Shown one piece after another: positions 62,101 to 64,000 of a stretch of DNA of 64,000 nucleotides; within the stretch, counting starts at the first letter, position 1, and each line of letters opens with the position of its first letter. The notes beneath the pieces are model-generated. The model made no database searches, was not told where the DNA came from, and saw only the letters and a list, made by a program, of their open reading frames with translations. Both the position numbers and the translations under genes were made by a program. Origin of the DNA: Macrostomum hystrix (lineage: Eukaryota; Animalia; Platyhelminthes); assembly GCA_950097015.1 (NCBI GenBank), contig CATNEN010000007.1:10292001-10356000 (forward strand). Direction: 5' to 3'.

Positions 62101-63441
62101 TTTTCACGGAGGAGCATCAGTGGGGCACAGAGAACCTTGACGAATTCGCTCATCAAGCCATCGGCCAGGAGAAGATCGAGTTCATGCGCCTGTTCCTCAA
62201 GAACGGCCTCATCATGCGCGAGTTCCTGACGGTGGGCCGGCTGCGCGGGCTGTACTGGGATTGCCTGCAGGGCCAGGCCAACATGCAGCTGCGCAAGCTG
62301 CTGACGGCCAGGGCTCGTTGTCCGGATCCGACCAGGCCGCACCTGGCCGACATTCGGGTGCTGCTGCGCAAGCTGGTGGGCAAGTTTCAAGCCCCCATCA
62401 TGGACAGCGACACCAGTCCCAGCAGCGAAAGCAGCGTCAATGGCAGCCAGTTTGAGCGGCCTTTTAATCAGCTGTTCTTCTGGGCGGTGCTGCTCAGCAA
62501 GCAGGAGACCGCCAAGTTTCTGTGGGAGCGGACTGACGAGTCGGTGAGTGGCTCATTAGCGCATGAAGGGAGAGTTCGGACTCGAACTCGATTCGAACTC
62601 GAACATTTGGAGACGTAATAGAAGAGTCGCATACCTGGGCCTTTCATTTCCATAGGTGCCGTTGGCCTTGGCAGCCTGCAAGATTTACGACGAGCTGGCC
62701 CGCGCATTGGCCAGCCATGAGGACGGGCGCAAGCGGACTCTGATGGCGTACAAAGACGAGTTCGAGGACCTGGCGGTGCGCGTGGTTGAGGAGTGCCAGA
62801 TGGTGGACCAGAGCAAGGCGGAGCTGCTCATTGAAAAGAAGGTCGAAGCGTTTGGCGACTTCAACTGTCTGGAGCTGGCGGCCAGCGCGAACTGCAAGAA
62901 GTGAGTCGGATCTTGAGTTCGAGAGTACCTAGTAATTGATGCAGCCTGGCTGGTACTCTATTCGATATTTTGTAGGTTCTTGTCCTGCAACAGCAGCCAG
63001 AACAGTATCACGAGCCGCTGGCTGAACGGCCTGCTGCACGGCACCTCCAACCTGCGCATCTTCCTGTGCGTCCTCATGCCCTTCCTGCTGCCGTTCGACT
63101 TCCTGATCCGGCTGGACCCCAGCGTGGGCACCGAGGACGGCGGCCGGTGTGCGCAGCTCTGTGACAAGGTCAGAATCTTCTACACCGCGCCAGTCACCAA
63201 GTTCTTCGCCAACGCGGTGAGTTTTCACAAGGCTTTGAACTCTTGAGCTCAACAGCTGGATGGACTGCCTGCCAATTGATAACCTCGCCTCGATTTTCGC
63301 AACCCGCAGATCTGCTACGTCATATTCATATTCCTGTACTCCTGGTTCATCCTGTTTGAGATGCATGACTCAAGCATCTCCTGGCTGGAGTGGCTCATCA
63401 TCGCCTGGGTCTGCGTCATGGTGGTGGAGGAGTTCAGAGAG
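59178..63441 (+). CDS. TRPM: TRPM-family cation channel, 5' part; exons 59178-59393, 59509-59664, 59886-60027, 60748-61009, 61091-61282, 61367-61595, 61688-61907, 62014-62543, 62656-62900, 62976-63216, 63310-63441; continues beyond window
   Basis: TRPM homology region motifs HWQL..PSLCISVIGGAKNF, GLIRAAQTTNAWIITSG, CIGVAPWG, LNANHTHYLLVDDG, LDLAILSALLK, WNRPDIA, LFFWAVL, ALAACKIY, FYTAPVTKF and the first transmembrane helices. Subfamily not assigned. Confidence 0.93.
60132..60710. mobile_element. piggyBac-type MITE in TRPM intron 3
   Basis: TTAA on both sides; TIR CAGTAGGACTACCAA versus TTGGTAGTTCTACTG (1 mismatch); separate subterminal inverted repeat 60182-60208 and 60656-60682. Confidence 0.78.
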
Positions 63442-63539
63442 GTGCGGCTGTGCAACTCCGAGAATCAGAAATAAATTGAGCCCCGGTTTGCAGTGACCAA
63501 TCGGAGACCGCTTCTAGTTTTTTATTCTCTTTCTAATAA

Positions 63540-63750
63540 GGGAGCTCGGCTGGTTAGAGAGCTTCGGATTTCTGACTGAGTTCACTCGGCTGTCAAATGG
63601 GTACCAGCATCAGCTGGGGTAGAAATTTAGTGAGTGTGGTGGCCTCCCCTGTCCACGGACTGTACAGTTGTACAAAGCCCTTGGATGCATCGACAAGAGC
63701 TGCGCATGGACATCTGGCCGGACTGGATTTGGTGCAATTTATTCATTTAC
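63540..63750 (+). mobile_element. Possible tRNA-derived SINE fragment of a second family
   Basis: A-box-like AGCTCGGCTGG followed by CACTCGGCTGTCAAATGGGTACC, which resembles a conserved invertebrate SINE central domain; no B-box seen. Confidence 0.45.
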
Positions 63751-63791
63751 CTTTTCTTCTTTGTATGCCACTGGGGTCTCCAAGAAGCAAT

Positions 63792-64000
63792 GGGGGTCGA
63801 TGGCAGAGCTAATAACGCGTTTGCCTCTCCGCAAAAGTCCCGAAGTTTGATTCCGCGGCGAGGCCTCATTCATTTGAGGCGCAGCCGCAGAGTCTTGGGG
63901 GCTTGTGGTGCAATTTAAACCCTCGAAGGCACTGCTTGGCAATGAGAAAGTCTTCTGTGTGAGCTTATTCCTGCGTTCAGTATATGTGTGCGTGTGTGCT
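63792..64000 (+). mobile_element. tRNA-derived SINE, same family as 45988-46290, truncated by window end
   Basis: TGGCAGAGC...GTTTGATTCC..GGCGAG..CTTGGGG..GTGCAATTTA..CTGTGTGAG..TGTGTGCT collinear with the DP-intron copy. Confidence 0.7.

Overview
Eukaryotic (metazoan) genomic DNA with GC-rich exons, short introns, AT-rich spacers and many minisatellites. The style suggests a free-living flatworm such as Macrostomum; this is inference only. Genes reconstructed by splicing: GTF3C2-like WD40 protein with a long C-terminal repeat exon (runs off the left edge); two near-identical inverted copies of a 10-finger C2H2/AT-hook gene (5.3-7.6 kb and 24.7-26.9 kb); a quick-to-court-like coiled-coil/GRIP gene carrying an intact Ty3/Gypsy (Mag-like) LTR retrotransposon in an intron; an unidentified gene (37.6-39.4 kb); a divergent two-RRM PUF60-like gene; a divergent DP (E2F partner); CFAP410; a four-finger matrin-type zinc-finger gene; and the 5' part of a TRPM channel (runs off the right edge). 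Other mobile DNA: deleted Merlin and Mutator elements, a piggyBac-type MITE, other MITEs, mariner and LINE remnants, and tRNA-derived SINEs. No CRISPR, rRNA or intact tRNA was seen. No clearly new multi-gene system is demonstrable. The most unusual signals are the homogenised inverted gene pair, the GTF3C2 domain rearrangement, the UHM-less PUF60 paralogue, an intron that looks built by AG|GT duplication, and the even unit length of all clean minisatellites. Family assignments come from remembered motifs, not database searches.
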